Position numbers and translations under genes: made by a program. This document shows positions 23,765-39,144 of a stretch of 64,000 nt of DNA, in pieces. Source of the stretch: Camelus dromedarius (lineage: Eukaryota); NCBI RefSeq assembly GCF_036321535.1, contig NC_087472.1, forward strand, positions 93,560,001 to 93,624,000. The letters run 5' to 3'. Under the pieces are notes generated by a model. The model made no database searches. It saw nothing but the letters and a program-made list of their open reading frames with translations, and was not told the origin of the DNA. Numbering within the stretch: the first letter of the stretch is position 1; each line of letters starts with the position of its first letter.

Positions 23765-23872
23765 TCTTTGAATTGTAAGAATTGTACCTTACTCACTGTT
23801 ATATTCTTTGCAGTATCTATGACTGTATCTTGCACATTGTAAGCATGTAATAAATATTTGCTGAATAGAATA
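23765..23872 (+). mobile_element. L2 3' end fragment
   Basis: ttgcacattgtaagcatgtaataaatatttgctgaatagaat. Confidence 0.55.
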
Positions 23873-25859
23873 CTCAGGAAAAAATGAATTATAAATGCCA
23901 CCAGCAGACCTTTGAATCCTTAAGTTTATTTAGAACTTCTGGAATACTTCAGGGAATAGCCCTCATCCATTACATAGGTTGCATCGTAGAAATGATGTTG
24001 ATTAGCTTATGAAATTCCAGCATTTTGCTCTCACATTAATTCTCTTTTTTTGAGTTGTTTACATATTGGGAGCTAGAGTTGACTGAAAGGTGAAACTGAA
24101 TGGCCTAACTTTCATTAGCAAATCAGAGTACTTAATTTAATATCTTGAAAAAGAAGGTGGAAACCAAAATGGAGAAAAAAAAAAGCAAGGTTAGAATCCA
24201 GTCATTCACATTCATATGTTTTTGGTCGATACCCTGACAAAAAGATGTTTGTTGACATGTGGCTCTGTCATTAATAACTTTAAAATGTCAACTGAGTGTC
24301 ATGGTGACATTAATAACTGAGAAAGAAACCACAGCAGGTATAGTTCTGTAAGAAAAATGTTGCAGAAACACCATGTATTTCTAAAATGCTTATCCTCTGT
24401 GGTTTTCATGATCCATTTGATCCATGAATGCTCAGTTTAAACTCATAATCTATGTGGTTCCCCTCCCATATGAATTCCAAGACAAAGATGTTAATCTTTT
24501 ATTTCAGAGACTTAGAACACCACATTAAAGAATTCCAGATTGGTAATGATTTCCTTGTTCACAAATGGTAAACACAATTGGTGTGTTGGTCATTATGTCT
24601 CAAGGCACATTGGAAGAAGGCTACAAACTCTGGTATTAATCCATAGCTGATATTGGTTCATGAAATACAACAATCATAATCAGTAAGAGTATATTATGAA
24701 AGTAACTTGAAGGATATTTGAGAGAACAAAGTCTTTTAAGTTTGCATAGACACAAATAGTGAGAGCTTATGGCTTAATATTTGAATGATGAGACAGTTAA
24801 ATATTAGAATCACAGAAGTGTCAATACTTCAGTCAGTGATGGACTCAATGGAGCAAAGCTCATAAACTTGGAAGAGACTCTAAGATATGACATTATTATC
24901 TCTCTATGATATTAATGTTTAAGACAGATTCAACTTTTTTAGTGAATTTGTTTCACATGTTACACAAAATCTATCAAAAAGACCATTTTCCAGGGGTGCA
25001 CACCTTTTTATTATTATGACGGCATGTGATTAAACTAACTGATTGTTACCTCTTTATAATATGTTTTTTTTTACAACAAGAAAATCTACTGCTCATTTGT
25101 TGACTATAAGAAGTAGTAATTTTAGTAGAATGTTAGTTACACATATATTTAAGATTTCAAGGGTACACACGATATTTGAGAAGGCAGCAGTATGAATATT
25201 GAGAGAGATCCTCACCCAGGATGGTTATGGGTAGTGTGAAGTAGTGTGTGCTGATAATTGGGAACTGAAATACTAATTTGTAAAATAAAAATCAACTGGT
25301 ATTAAGAAATAAGAATACATTTGAAGGGGAGTTGAGATTTCTTAATTTATGGATATATATTACATATAATATTATATTTTTAAAATATTTGTTATATGCT
25401 ATTCAGGTGTTAAAACTAAGCATGTTTACTTTTAAAAGTAAGGGATTATCCAAAGAGGAAATAAAAATCACCCATAATTTCCTATCAAGAGATAGCCTAT
25501 AAAGATATATTTTTAAAGATTATTCATGGTATTTAAAATTTTCTGTATTATTTATTACATACACTTTTCCCATCTATATTTTTACTCTGTTCATTTAATT
25601 TACATACAGAATTTTATTTTTTGTAGTTAAATCTGTCATATTTATCATTTATATATGATTTCTGAATTTGGAGTCATCCTATAAAGGTTGTTCTCTCTCT
25701 CAAATGATCTTTAATATTCTATTTTTTTAGCCCTTAAATTTTATAGTGTAGTTACCAGGAAAAATCATAAACAGCTAGTCTACAGTTTGGATTTTTCCTG
25801 GAATTTTTTTTATGAAGTTTTTGTTATTGTTGCTATAGTTTGTTAACATATGTGTTTAT

Positions 25860-27360
25860 AAAATTATTGAAGTTTAATGTACATAAAAACAAAAAAGTGA
25901 ACTAGTCATAGATAGAGCTCAGTATATTTTCACAAACTGAGCACATCCATGTAACTGTCATCCAGATCAAGGAAAAGAGCCACAGCAGAGAAAGTACTGT
26001 GAGAAAAAATGTTGCAGACACGCCATCTGTTTCTAAAATTCAGAAGCCCCCAACATACCTTCTTTCAGTTTCTACTCCTTCCAAGACATAACTGCTCTCC
26101 TGATTTTTAAAAGATCTAAAAGATAAATTTGCCAGTTTTTGAACTTTATATAAATTGAAGCAATGAAAATAGCTGTTTTTCATGATTCTTGACCATTTGG
26201 ATATTCTCTTTTGTAAAGTGCTTATTCAGTCTTTTGTTTATTTTTCTATTGAGTTGTCTCCTTTTTTCCTATTGTTTTGTAGAAGTTTCCTATGTATTTT
26301 GGACCTAAGAACTTGTTGGAAGTTTGTGCTGAACTTACCTTTTCCCATTTCCTGGCTTGCTTTTTCATTCTCTTAATAGTGTATGTTGATACCAAAAGTA
26401 TGGCAATCTTAATGTACTCTATTTTATCACTTTTTTCATTTTTGATTATTATTTTTGTGTCCTGTTTAAGGAATTGTTACATATTCCATGGTTGTGAAGA
26501 TGTTCTACCACATTTCCTTCTAAGCACTAAATATGTATTTTTTATTGAAGTACAGCTTGCATATTGTTTTAACTTTCACAGTTAGATATGCAGTTCATCT
26601 AGAAATGAGATTTTTATTATGTGAGGAAGAAATCAAGTTTTATCCCCCTTATAAATATCCAGTCGATCCAGGACCTTTTCCAAATAGGCACTTCTTTCTC
26701 TAATGGATATAATTGTCATAAATCAAGTGTTTGTGTATATGTAGGTCTGTTTAGGAGCCTTCTACTGTATTCTGTTGGACTACTTTATACTTCTTTTAAC
26801 TGTAAATACCATGTTGTCCTAATTACTGTGGTTCTGTAATCATTTGTGATATCTGGTATTATATGTAATGAAGTTTTGCTCTTCTTCAAGATTGCCTTGG
26901 CTATACTTGGCACTTCATGTTTCTGTACACATTTGAAAAAACTGCAGAAATTTTGATTAGGAGTGCACTAAATCTAATAATCAGTTGGAGAAGACTTGAC
27001 ATCTTTAAAACATTTAGTTCTCCAATCAATGAATAATTATTTAGACCTTCTTTAATTTCTCTCAGCTATATTTTATAAGGAAATCTTGTTCATATTTGTT
27101 AAATTTACTTTTGTATATTTTACTTTTTAGGTGACTTTGTAAATGTTTTTATTAATCTCATTTTATTTGTTTATTTAAAAGATAATATAGGAATAAAAGT
27201 AATTTATCTATATTCAGCTTGTATCTCACAGCCTTGATAATTTTACTTATTAATTCTATATGTTTTGTCTATACATTCTTTAAAATTGTTTGTAAAATCT
27301 TATTTGATTATTAATGGTAATTGATAACCACTTAATTCTTTCTTTTGAATCCTTAGGTTT
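25860..27360 (-). mobile_element. Old L1 (L1MC/ME-like) 3' UTR and ORF2 end
   Basis: ttttcacaaactgagcacatccatgtaac..cagatcaag; ttcttcaagattgccttggctat; antisense ORF2 motifs. Confidence 0.75.
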
Positions 27361-27364
27361 TTGT

Positions 27365-30062
27365 TTTCATTGATTTACAATAGTGTGGTAGTTCCAGGTG
27401 TTGAAACTATAGTTGATTTACAGTATTATGTTAGTTTCAGGTATCTAGCAAAGTGATTCAGTTATATATATATATATTTTTCAGATTATTTTCTATCATA
27501 GGTTATTAGAAGATATTGAATATAGTCCTTTGTGTTATACAGTAACTCCGCTTATCTATTTTATGTATAGTAGTTTGTATCTGTCAATCCCATACTCCTA
27601 ATTTATCCCTTCCCCCCCTCACTTTCCTCTTTGGTAACCAAAAGTTTGTTTTTTTATGTCTGTGAGTCTGTTTCTGTTTTGTATTTGGTTCATTTGTATT
27701 ATTTTTTTAGATTCCACATATAAGTGATATTATACAATACTTGTCTTTCTCTAATTTACTTCACTTACTATGATAATCTCTAGGTCTATCCATGTGGCTG
27801 CAAATGGCATTATTTCATTCTTTTTTATGGCTGAGTGATATTCTAGTGTATATGTATACTGCATCTTCTTAAAGCAGTTGTCCATTGATGGGCACTTGAA
27901 TTGTTTCCATGTCTTGGCTATTGTAAACAGTGCTGCTATGAACATAGGGTGCATGAATCTTTTCAAATTAGAGTTTTTGTCTTTTCTGGATACATGCCCA
28001 GGAGTGGGATTGCTGGATCATAAGGTAAGTCTATTTTTGATTTTTAAGAAACTTCCATACTGTCTTCCACAGTGGCTGCACCAAATTACATTTCCACCAA
28101 CAGTATAGGAGGGTTCCTTTTTCTCCACACCCTCTCTAGCATTTATTATTTGTAGACTTTTTAATGATGGACATTCTGGCTGGTATGAGGTGATACCTCA
28201 CTCTAGTTTTGATCTACATTTGTCTAATAATTAGTGATATTGACAATCTTTTCATGTGCCTGTTGGCCATCTGTATGTCTTCTATGGAGAAATGTCTATT
28301 TAAGTCTTCTGCCCATTTTTTGATAGGGTTCTTTTTTTTTCTGATATTGAGCTGTATGAGCTGTTTATATATTTTGGAAATTAGAGCCTTGGCAATCACG
28401 TCATTTGCAAATATATTCTCCCATTCTGTAGGTTTTTTCATTTTGTTTTCGGTTTCCTTTGCTGTGCAAATAACTTTTGCCATTTTCATTATGATATGTT
28501 TTGGTGTGAGTCTCTTTAAGTTCATCTTGTTTGGGACTCTCTGTACTTCCTAGAACTGGATATCTGTTTCCTTCTTCAGGTTAGGAATGTTCTCAACCAT
28601 AATTTCATCAAATACATTTTCTGCCTTTTTCTCTCTCTCTACTCCCTCTGGGATCCCTATAATTCAAATGTTAGTATGCTATATGTTGTCTGAGAAGTCC
28701 CTTAAACAATCCTAATTAAACTTTTTTTTGTTTTTTATTTTTTTTTGCTGTTCTGATTGAGTGATTTCCACTATTCTTCAAGGTTGCTTATACATTCTTC
28801 TGTGTCACCTAATCTGCTGTTAATTTCTTGTCGTGTATTTTTCATCTCAGTTATTGTATTCTTCAGCTCCGATTGGTTCTTTTTTATATTTCATAGCTCT
28901 TTGTTGAAGTTCTCACTGTGTTCTACTATTTTTTTCCCAAGTTCAATGAATGTTTGTGTTGCTATTGCTTTGAATTCTTTGTCAGGTAATGTACCTATCT
29001 CAGTTTCATTAAGGTTTTTGTTTTCTGAGGTTTCATATTTTCCTTTCATTTGGAACCTACTCTTCTTTTTGTTTGACTTTCTCTGTTTGTATGAAATCAG
29101 GCAAAACAGTTACCTATCCTGGTCTGGATGGTGTATTCTTGTGTGGAAGCATTTCTGTGCAGTCTTTGTGTGCCAAGTGGTTTTGGTGAGAGAGCTGAAT
29201 CTCAGCTCAGCACTGGCCACATCTTCTCTGGGGTGCACTGGTGACTGTCACCTTGGTGGAGTGTAGGACTGGAGTTGGAGGGGCTAGAGCCCCTGAGCCA
29301 GGTATGAATGGTTTCTTATCCCAGGCTTGACAACAGGTGCCACCCTGAGGTCCTGAGGGGCTGGAACTGCAAATCTGAGCTTGCTTCCTGATGCAGTGGT
29401 ACCTTGGTTGGGGTTGGAGCTGGACCTGAGGAAGTGGAGTTGCAAATCTGAGCTAGCTCCACTTCTTCCCTGCCTTATTGGCAGTCTCTGCCTTAGTTCG
29501 GTGCAGTGCAGAAACAGGAGGGACTGGAGCAAGAGGTTGGTGCAGGTTAGGGGATATTCTGTAGTGGTCCTAACAGGCCAGCCAGAGCATTAGGCAGTTT
29601 TCAGTCTGCTGCTTCCACACTGGAACTGGGAGCAAGCAGGTCTGTGTGCATGATCTTCAAGAGCAAAGCCTTAATTTTCTATAGCCCTCTATTAAGCCCT
29701 GCTGGTTTTCATATCAGCCGACGGGGCTCATCTTCCCCATCCTGGATCCCAGGGCTGGGGTACACCATGCAGGGCTCAAGTCCCTCACTCCTTCTTTAGG
29801 GGAGATTCCCAAGCATGTGATACCCTCCTCCTCTTCTGAATCACAGTCCAGAAGTGTGGGTCCTGACTAGATCTCTTCTCCTCCCCTCCTACCAGACTGT
29901 GTGATTCTATCTTCATAACCTTTGTTGTAGAAGAGCCATTCTCCTAGTCTTTAGGTTGTTCTCAGAGTGAAGTTGCTCTATATATAGTTATAGTTTTGAT
30001 GCAGTCATGGGGAGGGGTGAGCTCGGGGTGTTCCTACTCCACCATTTCGATCCTGCCTCTCC
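27365..30062 (-). mobile_element. L1 with 5' UTR, partial ORF1, large internal deletion, ORF2 end and 3' UTR
   Basis: 5' terminus near 30060, GC-richer 5' UTR 29200-30060, ORF1 to ...[11 protein letters not shown] joined at ~28471-28478 to ORF2 CTAKET...EWENIFAN, then 3' UTR. Confidence 0.85.
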
Positions 30063-30789
30063 TGGAATTCATCTTTTGATCACTTAGCCTCTGAACATAT
30101 CACAGGCATTATTGGATTCTCAGGCACCAGCAAAGAATTGCATGTAGTATTCCAAGTACTGCTTTCATCTATTTGGATTTGTCTTCTCTAGGATATTGGC
30201 TATTTCCTCATAGTTTTGGTAGGCTTCTGATTGTATTTTTTTTCTTGTCCAGGTCTTTTAGTTATGCTTATTGAGGTGCAGGTTCTGGATTATGCAATAT
30301 ACCATTTCAGTAAACTTTAAGGAGCTTTCTTAGTTATGATCTTATAATACTGACACATGAGTGTTGACAAAGAGTATGTGTTCTATCCCTAGTTAGGCTT
30401 CCCCTGGATGTAAATTTTCTAGGGCAAAGACTGTATATTAATCTTTATCTAGTATGTACAGAAATTGGTGCAAATGTAGCAAGGATTATATGTTCAATAA
30501 TATGCAAGGAATCTCTTTGTAAGTTTCTGAGCCATCAAATTCTGTTTCCTTTCTTTTTGGCTGTGAAAAGATTTATTATTGTTAGGTAATCCTTTTAAAT
30601 GTAAATATTGAAATACATAACTTAATAAAAATGCTGAGCAAAAAGCTTAAACAACTTGGCTGTAGGCACAGTAGATGGTTATTCATGTCTGCCTCTAGAA
30701 AACCATACTAGAAACAATGCTAAAACTAACTGGAAAAAAAAAGATACTGACATACTAGAAATCCTGCACCGTGCTGCACTTCTTAGCTA

Positions 30790-30910
30790 GGCATTTAATC
30801 ACTTTATTCAACAGCTTTTATTAAATATCTATATGTGGCAGGCACCATCCTATGTACTGGGGATATAGAACATGCTGTCCCTATTCTCAAAAACAGCAAA
30901 GTCCTATGAT
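30790..30910 (-). mobile_element. L2 3' end fragment
   Basis: ttattcaacagcttttattaaatatctatatgtggcaggcaccatcct..actggggatatag. Confidence 0.65.
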
Positions 30911-33812
30911 AGCAGTTGTCCAATAAGGGGATACTTTTGTGACAGCGTGGTGACTTATGTGGTAGCGATAATGACATTAAGTTCTCAGAGTCCTGAGGAT
31001 AAAGGGATTGACTGACAGCTTCACAGCTTTGAGAGATTGGTGTGTCTTTCCCCTTACCACAGCTAAGGATGTGCATAAAAGCCAATTCCATGTGCAATTC
31101 CTCCTGTCATCTCCCTTCTGTTTCCCAAGGGAGAATGGCATCATTCCTAGGTTTTCTCCACTACTGCATTTTTCATTTTTAAATAGAATCCCTAAATGAT
31201 TCAAATAAAAGTCATAGGCAGAAATGATATGTACAGATGTGGAAAAAAGAGGTGAAAGTAAACAAATGCATGTTTTTTGAAAAGTCGTCAAAGAAAAAAC
31301 AATGCATTAAGGAGATAACGGCAGTTGTTTCTTTTCTGTGACAATCTTACAGTCTTCAAAGTAACTTTCAAATACATTTCTGAAACAATTCAAATTTTAT
31401 TTCCTTTAACACATTATGGAAACTTGCATGCTGATCCTATTTAAAAATTTACCAACAATTATAATTCTTGATAATGAGTTTATTATTATAATACACAATA
31501 TTATGAATTCAGATTCTCACAAATTTGAACCTTCATATACATGTGAGTTTTCTGAAATAAACTAACTCACGGCACTACTTCAACTCAAAGATTTATAAAG
31601 TATGTTATTAGAATAACTTTAATTAATTTTAATGAGATTTATTCCTAGACAAATTGGATATATTAACAAAAAACTTTGATTATTTAAATATAGATAAAAG
31701 ACCAACATTTTAAGGGAAGTACAGATTCAAAACAAATCTACTTCAACAAATAAGAGAGATATGAAACTAAATTATTTGTAATCCTGCATTGAAACAGAAA
31801 AAAAAGAAAAGTAATAAAATGATTCACTTCAATCAATGCTGATACTCCAACTAGCTTTGTATTCTAACATATTAATTTCTTTCTTCTTTTGAGAGTATTA
31901 GCAAATGAATCTCATTTTAAAATATACTTGCATTTATTAATTTTAGTCTGCCTTCCCAATAAAATATGAAAATGAGCCTTTTAAAAATTGCATAACTAAT
32001 CTAAGAAAAGAATGTTAAAAATATGGGTTCATATATTAAAAAGTACAAAAACAATATGGTTGAGAGTTACTCCTTTTTCATCATATAATATTAGCTTCTG
32101 TGTTTATTTATATATCCTGAGGACTTTTGATGAAAATATACTTTTTAAGTAGGAAAGATTTTCTAATACTCATGGCTTCATAAAATGTTCTTATGCTACC
32201 ACTAATTATATATCATTTACAAATATAAATAGAATTTCACTCAGTGATTTTATGGTATATATGAGGCAATCCACTTTATACATCTAGGCTGAGAATTAAG
32301 GTGCACAAATCAATATATATGAGCTGGTGAATCTCCCTTTTTGTGATGTTATTTAATTTACTAGATATTAAGCTGCTTTTTTCATTGGAAGATGGAATTA
32401 TTAAATATAAAGAGGATCAGAAGTAACTGTTAATGTCTTTATTTTCAACTTACATTTAATTTTTTCTCATAATGATGACTTTTGAGTGATTTCTGTCCCA
32501 TCACCTGTGCAGCTGATTATTAAATAACAATTTTAATTTAAAAAATATTTATCAATTAAGGGACCAGGCATAAAAAGAGACCTTAAGCTATGGAGTTCAG
32601 TAGATGGAATTTAATATTGAGAATATTATTTTCAAAAAGTATTTAAAGACCTGAAAGGGCCAAGAAGGGACCACGGGACAATCTGACTATTAGCCAAGAG
32701 GATTAACTATTACTGTTAGCAATTTACCACCGCTAAACCTAATATGAGAGGGGCAAGGATAGGAAATAGTGGTACAAAGGTATGGGAGTTAGGGCCTTCT
32801 GGAAGAAACTGGGACTTAGGAAGGAGAGCTGCTGGAAGTTACAACCACAAGGAGATGCAACCACACCAAGATGGCAATCTGAAGCAGAGAGGTGGGATAA
32901 ATACCCTGGAATCTGGTTTCCACTCTCCGCTTACACTCAAATATTCTGCTAGTGGCTCCTATTGAGAGAACACAGTCAGATGCTAATTGGTAAGGGAGCA
33001 TGGGCTATGTAGTTACGGGGCTCAGTCCCCTGAGACAGAGTATAGTAGGAGAAAAGTAGGAAATAACCATTACAGCATATTGGCCAATAAACAGATCAAT
33101 ATATTCCACAAAGCTAGTAGCGTTACTGTTACTCTTTTCTAGCATAACATCACATTCTAAAATTTGTAGAAAGTTGGAAAATAATCAGACTACAGATGAC
33201 AAACTTTCAATATGTATAGGGGTTCAAGGTATTAGGGGAAGACTTGTAAATATAAAAATAAATCAATGTACCAGAAAGGCATTTTATAAAAGGAAATATT
33301 AACTCTACTTAAAAATGAAGACATGGAGAATATAAAGATCCTTCTTAACACAATGATGAATACCTTTGTATTATGTATATTACAAAACACTGAATTTGTA
33401 TCTAGCTCTGAAATTAGACAAAAGTGATGTTGCTACCAAGTTTCTTGGAATCGCTTTGCTAGTCCTGGCATATGGAATAACATGGGGAAACAAAAAGGGG
33501 TACAGTTGTTGAAAAGCAGTAAAGAAAATGACCATTACTTGCAAAAGATATTATTTACATAAAAACTCAGAAAACTGTCTGAAAAAATATCACAACTTAA
33601 AATGCATTTTGTTAATGAGAGTAAAAAATAAGTAAATATTATGAAAAATTCTAATATCATCAAAAGTAACAGAAATATAATGAAAAATATACTTCATAAT
33701 AATAACTAAAGCTTGGTTATACTTTGGTATAATTATAAAAAATGAATGTGAACTTCATGAAAAATTTTTTATAGTTTTATACTCTATGAGTAAATAGAGA
33801 CTCATTCCAGGT

Positions 33813-34360
<548 letters not shown>

Positions 34361-35049
34361 ATGATAAAATTGTCAATTAAGAAAATTTCCTATTTTTAGG
34401 TAAGAGGGTTATTGGTAGATAGAAAGCTGATGAGTTCCTACTGATAGCAAATTTATAAGTGCCAAAAGTGAAGCTAACACCAGAAGTAAGCAGATCTTCT
34501 CAAGGAAGCAGTGGGAGTATTAAGCTGAGAATCAACAATCAACAAATATCAAAGCCAGACTGAGCTGTGGGTCAATCATCAAGATAATTATTTTAAGGAA
34601 CTTTATTGAGAACACCTGGGATGTGTGTTTCTCTGCCTACAGCTCATAAACAGAACAGCTGGCTGTAGTAATTTTGTCCTCAGAATGAAATCAAAGAAAT
34701 TTTTCTGGATAAAACAATCTGTTCTGGGACAAGATTACTAGTAGGTGTATTGTGGCTTCAGAAGGAAGCTAAGCTGAAGTTGAGACAATCCTCAAAGGAA
34801 TATGAAATGAAAACATTGGACAAAAAAAAGGGAGAAAATATTAGGTATTTTCATTCCCATAGTAATGTTCTTTGATTTAGCAATTATGAAGACTTTGGGC
34901 ATGCCTGCTTGCCTGCTCACCGTCTGTACAAATGTCAGTAATTGCCACAGTATACCTTGTTTATTTATACAGAATCAGTGATCAGCCTTAATTATGGGAA
35001 AGTACTGTTGAAGAAACAACCACCACCATTGTGGAATTCAGCATGCTGT

Positions 35050-37520
35050 ATACTGATGGCATTCAATGCTGTGCTTTATTTATAAATGGTAACAGATCAA
35101 CACACATGACAGTATATTTGAGGAAAACACAAGTGTGAAGGAGATGGATAAAGAAGAACAAACAATAACAGAATTAACAGACAAAAAAAATTCAGAGAAA
35201 AAAATAACTCAGAGAAGAGAAAATAACTTAAACCTAATTCATATCCTGAGAGACAACTGAGATGAATATTATTTCCATAAAACACCAAAATTGGCCATGA
35301 AAACTAAAAAGATCTGAGATGTAGACTACATTCTTGGAAATTTAAAACTCAATGGACTGACTAAATTATAAATGTGCATAACTTATGTCTGAATTACAGA
35401 TCAAGGAATTCTCTCAGAATAACTGAGGTAATGTCATGGAAAAGTTTGAGACATGGTGTAAAGATTTAGGTAACCCCAGGAAAAAGAGGAACTAATCAAC
35501 TGACAAAGAAGTCCTTGAACTATGGAAAGACATAAATTTTCAGATTTAAATGATTCATTCATAGCCCAGCAGAATAAATCAAATAAGGCTACACTTAGCA
35601 AAATTTCATCAACATTAAAAGTAAAAATCCTACAGATTTCAAAGAGGAAGAGAAATTTTATTTACAAAGAAAGGAGAATTGTAGGATGATAATATTCTCA
35701 TCAAAAATATAAGCTGTTCAAAAAAAGAAAAGGATATATCTTAATTTCTGTGAAAAATAAATATTTTGAAACTAGAATTCTGTACTCAGTCATATTAATC
35801 AGCCATGCCTGTCAAATAAATTTGTTTTCAGACACTTAAGAACAGACAAATGTAATACCTACAAAAAATTGCCCAAAAGACATTTCAACAAAACAGGAAC
35901 GATATCCAAGAAAGACTGCAACATGTGGTATAAGAAACATTAACATTAGAGTATGACCTAGAAAATTAAAGAAAAACTTAAAAGTCAAAAGAAAATCTAT
36001 TATAAGTTTATAGTATTTTTTTTTCTTTTTGGCACAAAACAATAATGATTCAAGTGCTAGTCAGTTGTACTACTAATTCTCTGATAAACATTTGGGTAGT
36101 TGAATGGAGAATACTGTTTATTTCTTTTCATGCTTTAATATTAACATAGAGAAAATCTCTAAGAATTATAGAGAAGCTAGTATAAATGCTATAAATGTCA
36201 AATCAAACATATATAATGAGAAAAATTTGGGAAGTATGGAAAAGACAGGTGTAAAGAAGGGAACATGATAATTCTAATTTCCTCTTTTAATAGGAATTTA
36301 TTTTCTAGAGGTGAGATATTAAGAAATGCAAATTCAAGTACATTGTTTAAATTTTAAAAAACAACCAACAGAAAAACTAAAAAGAATACTGTGAAGACAG
36401 GTGGGAGTTAAGTAAAAATAATACATCTTCTACTTTCCTAGAGTAGAGATAATAGAAACTGTACACAATTTATATTTGGCAGATAAAACAATATTTGAAG
36501 TTATGCTGATTACCTTAAGAACCAAATTAAAAACCCATTAACCATGGATAACCCTAAATTGTGAGTGTGTAGGTGTGTGTGTGTGTATGTGGTGTGAAAA
36601 AGAAGAGACTTTTATTTTTTAAATTTTAGTCTCTTCTGTAGTATTTTATTTTCTTCAACATATGCATTTATTTTCTTCATAATAAAACATAATTTAATAA
36701 AGTTTGAACTTACTAATAATGTATCAAAAAAAATCTTAATTAAAACCATGTGATACCAGTCCCATGATGAACTAATGGATTTTGAGATAAAAAGAGAATG
36801 TCCTGATAAGGAGTCTAAAAGAGTATTAGGGAAAAGAAGTTTTATTAAGTAAAAATTGCCAGAATACTTAGAAAAGTAATAAATATAGAGCTATTTCTCA
36901 TGAAACAAATGTGAATATTTATATTTTAATGTGAGGAAAGATTTTCTGTGTATGAACACAATGCCAGGTGACAGAATGGTGAATGTTGTTAAATGTGGTT
37001 TTTTAAAAATACCATAAACAAAATAAAAAGCAAATATAAGCACATAAAATATATTTTTTAATTAAAAGGATGCTATCATTACTAAAGAAGACAGAAACTT
37101 ACTTTATAAAGCAACAGAAACTTTCATATAAATAATTGGAACATGAACTGACAATTTTATAAAACAATATGGATGACCAGTAAATATATGAAAAAAGATT
37201 CAATCTCAGTAATGCCCACATATTTTAAAAACGCCATTTAGGATCAGTGGCAAAGTTAAAATTATAAACACATTTTTGGCAGTGAGCATTGTTTTCACTT
37301 TTTTTGGTGGGAGTATATATAAGCATTACCTTTCTGAAAATCCATTTGTAGTGAAATTTTAAGAACCTTAACAAAGGCATTTCTCATCAGTCCTGTGAAA
37401 TACAAAGAAATGCAGTCAAAGACATGCACAAAATGGTCATTATATTATTATACTAGTTCTAATAGTAAGATAGTGCAAATAGCTTCTTCAAGAAATGAAA
37501 ATGTTTAAATAAATTAAGAA
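35050..37520 (+). mobile_element. Very old L1/HAL1-like fragments (ORF1-like region and 3' region)
   Basis: A-rich sense strand; gaaagacataaattttcagatt, ctagaattctgtactcagtc, late ORF2/3' UTR motifs 36900-37500. Confidence 0.5.
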
Positions 37521-37529
37521 AAATCTATC

Positions 37530-38030
37530 TTCTTAAGAAAGTGGAAATTGGAGCAAGGATTAAGTTGCTTAAATATCACTCAAGAGGTGTCAGCCCAGTG
37601 CACTGGAGTGAAGGAAGAAAGGAAATGAGTTAAGATCCAAAGCAATGTCAAGCATTTGCTAGTGTTTCAAATAAACCACAGAGACGGAACAGATGATTCT
37701 GGAAGCATGTTTCCTTAGCATATGAGATCTTTCTGGAAGGGTAGCCAGCCCTGGGAATGAGTCACAAAAGGAAGAAAGGAGGGGTACTTGTCTGCCCTAC
37801 TCTCTTCTGTTTCTTATTTCCTACTGGACAAAGTCCACCTCAGGGTGGCTAACCCCCCGCCAACTTCGTAACCACTATGGGAGCTAGGTTCTGCTCTTCA
37901 CAATGTATTGTTTCATCCAAGTTAAAAAAGGAGATGCATGATCTGGAATGGCTTGGCCAGCAGCTAGGAAAGTGAAAAAAGGGAATGATCAAGGAAATAT
38001 GAAAAAGTATACAAGGTTGGAGTTTGAGAA
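37530..38030 (-). mobile_element. Old ERVL LTR (LTR33/LTR16-like)
   Basis: gagcaaggattaagttgc..gaggtgtcagccc..ggagtgaaggaagaaagg pattern. Confidence 0.4.
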
Positions 38031-39144
38031 TAATCTAGATGAATAATGATCATTATAATCAAATTTTCTACAAATAATGGCTCAGAAATGTTCATGGAAT
38101 TATTTTAAATTTTAGAAAGGCAGGGAAAATGGCTATAAGTGTACTAGGAACCCAAGATCATGAGATAGATATATGAATAGAGAGAAAAATAGACTGATGA
38201 ACAGATCAATAATCTAGAAGTAAATTTACTACCAATATGTTACTTTCTGTGTAAAGTGATTTTTAGCTTATTTCTCCCAAATAGTGCCTGCAATGTTAAA
38301 AAATTTTACCATGACTTTGTGTTAGTTTTATAATTAGAGGAAACAAAAAGCATATATATATATAAACATAACTAAAGATGTTACCATGGGATCTGATTTC
38401 ACTAAATTTTAATAAATTATCTTTCAAAATACATATTAAATTTCAGGAAACTTCAGACACCAGAATAAAGACTACATGGGGATGCATAAAATATAGAGTT
38501 TAAAAAGCCAGTTGATGTGACAGATGTTCCTTTTCATCGTGTCAGATGAAAATAACATTATACCTTTTTTAGGAAGTATTTTTTGGGTAAAGCTCAGTAA
38601 ATAAATTATTTATGTAGTTTGGCATATTAATAAATAAATTACTTCATGTTTGTGGTCTCAAGAACCTTTAAAAATACAAAATAAGATCATTACTCATTAG
38701 TAGTTATGCTTTCAGTAAAATAATTTCTGGTACTTTGAATTTAGATTATATAAATGAACTGGAGAAAATTCAAGAGTGTTGAATAAAGGTGTATCGTAAT
38801 ATAATTTACTTTTAGATGATGATTGGAAAAGGAGACCAAACATTTTAGCGTTTTTATAGTTTAGCCAAATCTATATTATTCCACCTTTATTCTGATCACA
38901 TTTGCACAAAACTAAGCTTTTAAACAAAACAAAAGCTAGCCTTTTGCTGTTATGCTTTTGAAGTTAGATGGAATTTTCAAATGTTAGTAAAATCTTCTAA
39001 AGTCTGGTTACAAATGTTTGTTTTCTTTTCTTTTCTTTTCTATTTGTTTGGTTTGTTTTCTGAAATTTTACCAGCACACCATGAGCCCTAGGTAATGCTT
39101 TTGAAGCATAAGAATAATGGATGAGTAACAAAAAGAGGAATCAT

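Noticed and set aside
24491..24548. Exon-like 35-nt segment (ttttatttcag|...ttg|gtaatg)
   Set aside because: Isolated, no partner exons or recognisable peptide; such signals arise by chance
24540..25280. Non-repeat-looking stretch examined for a second viral or transposase relic
   Set aside because: Plus-strand frames I translated gave no convincing motif; left unassigned and worth a blastx
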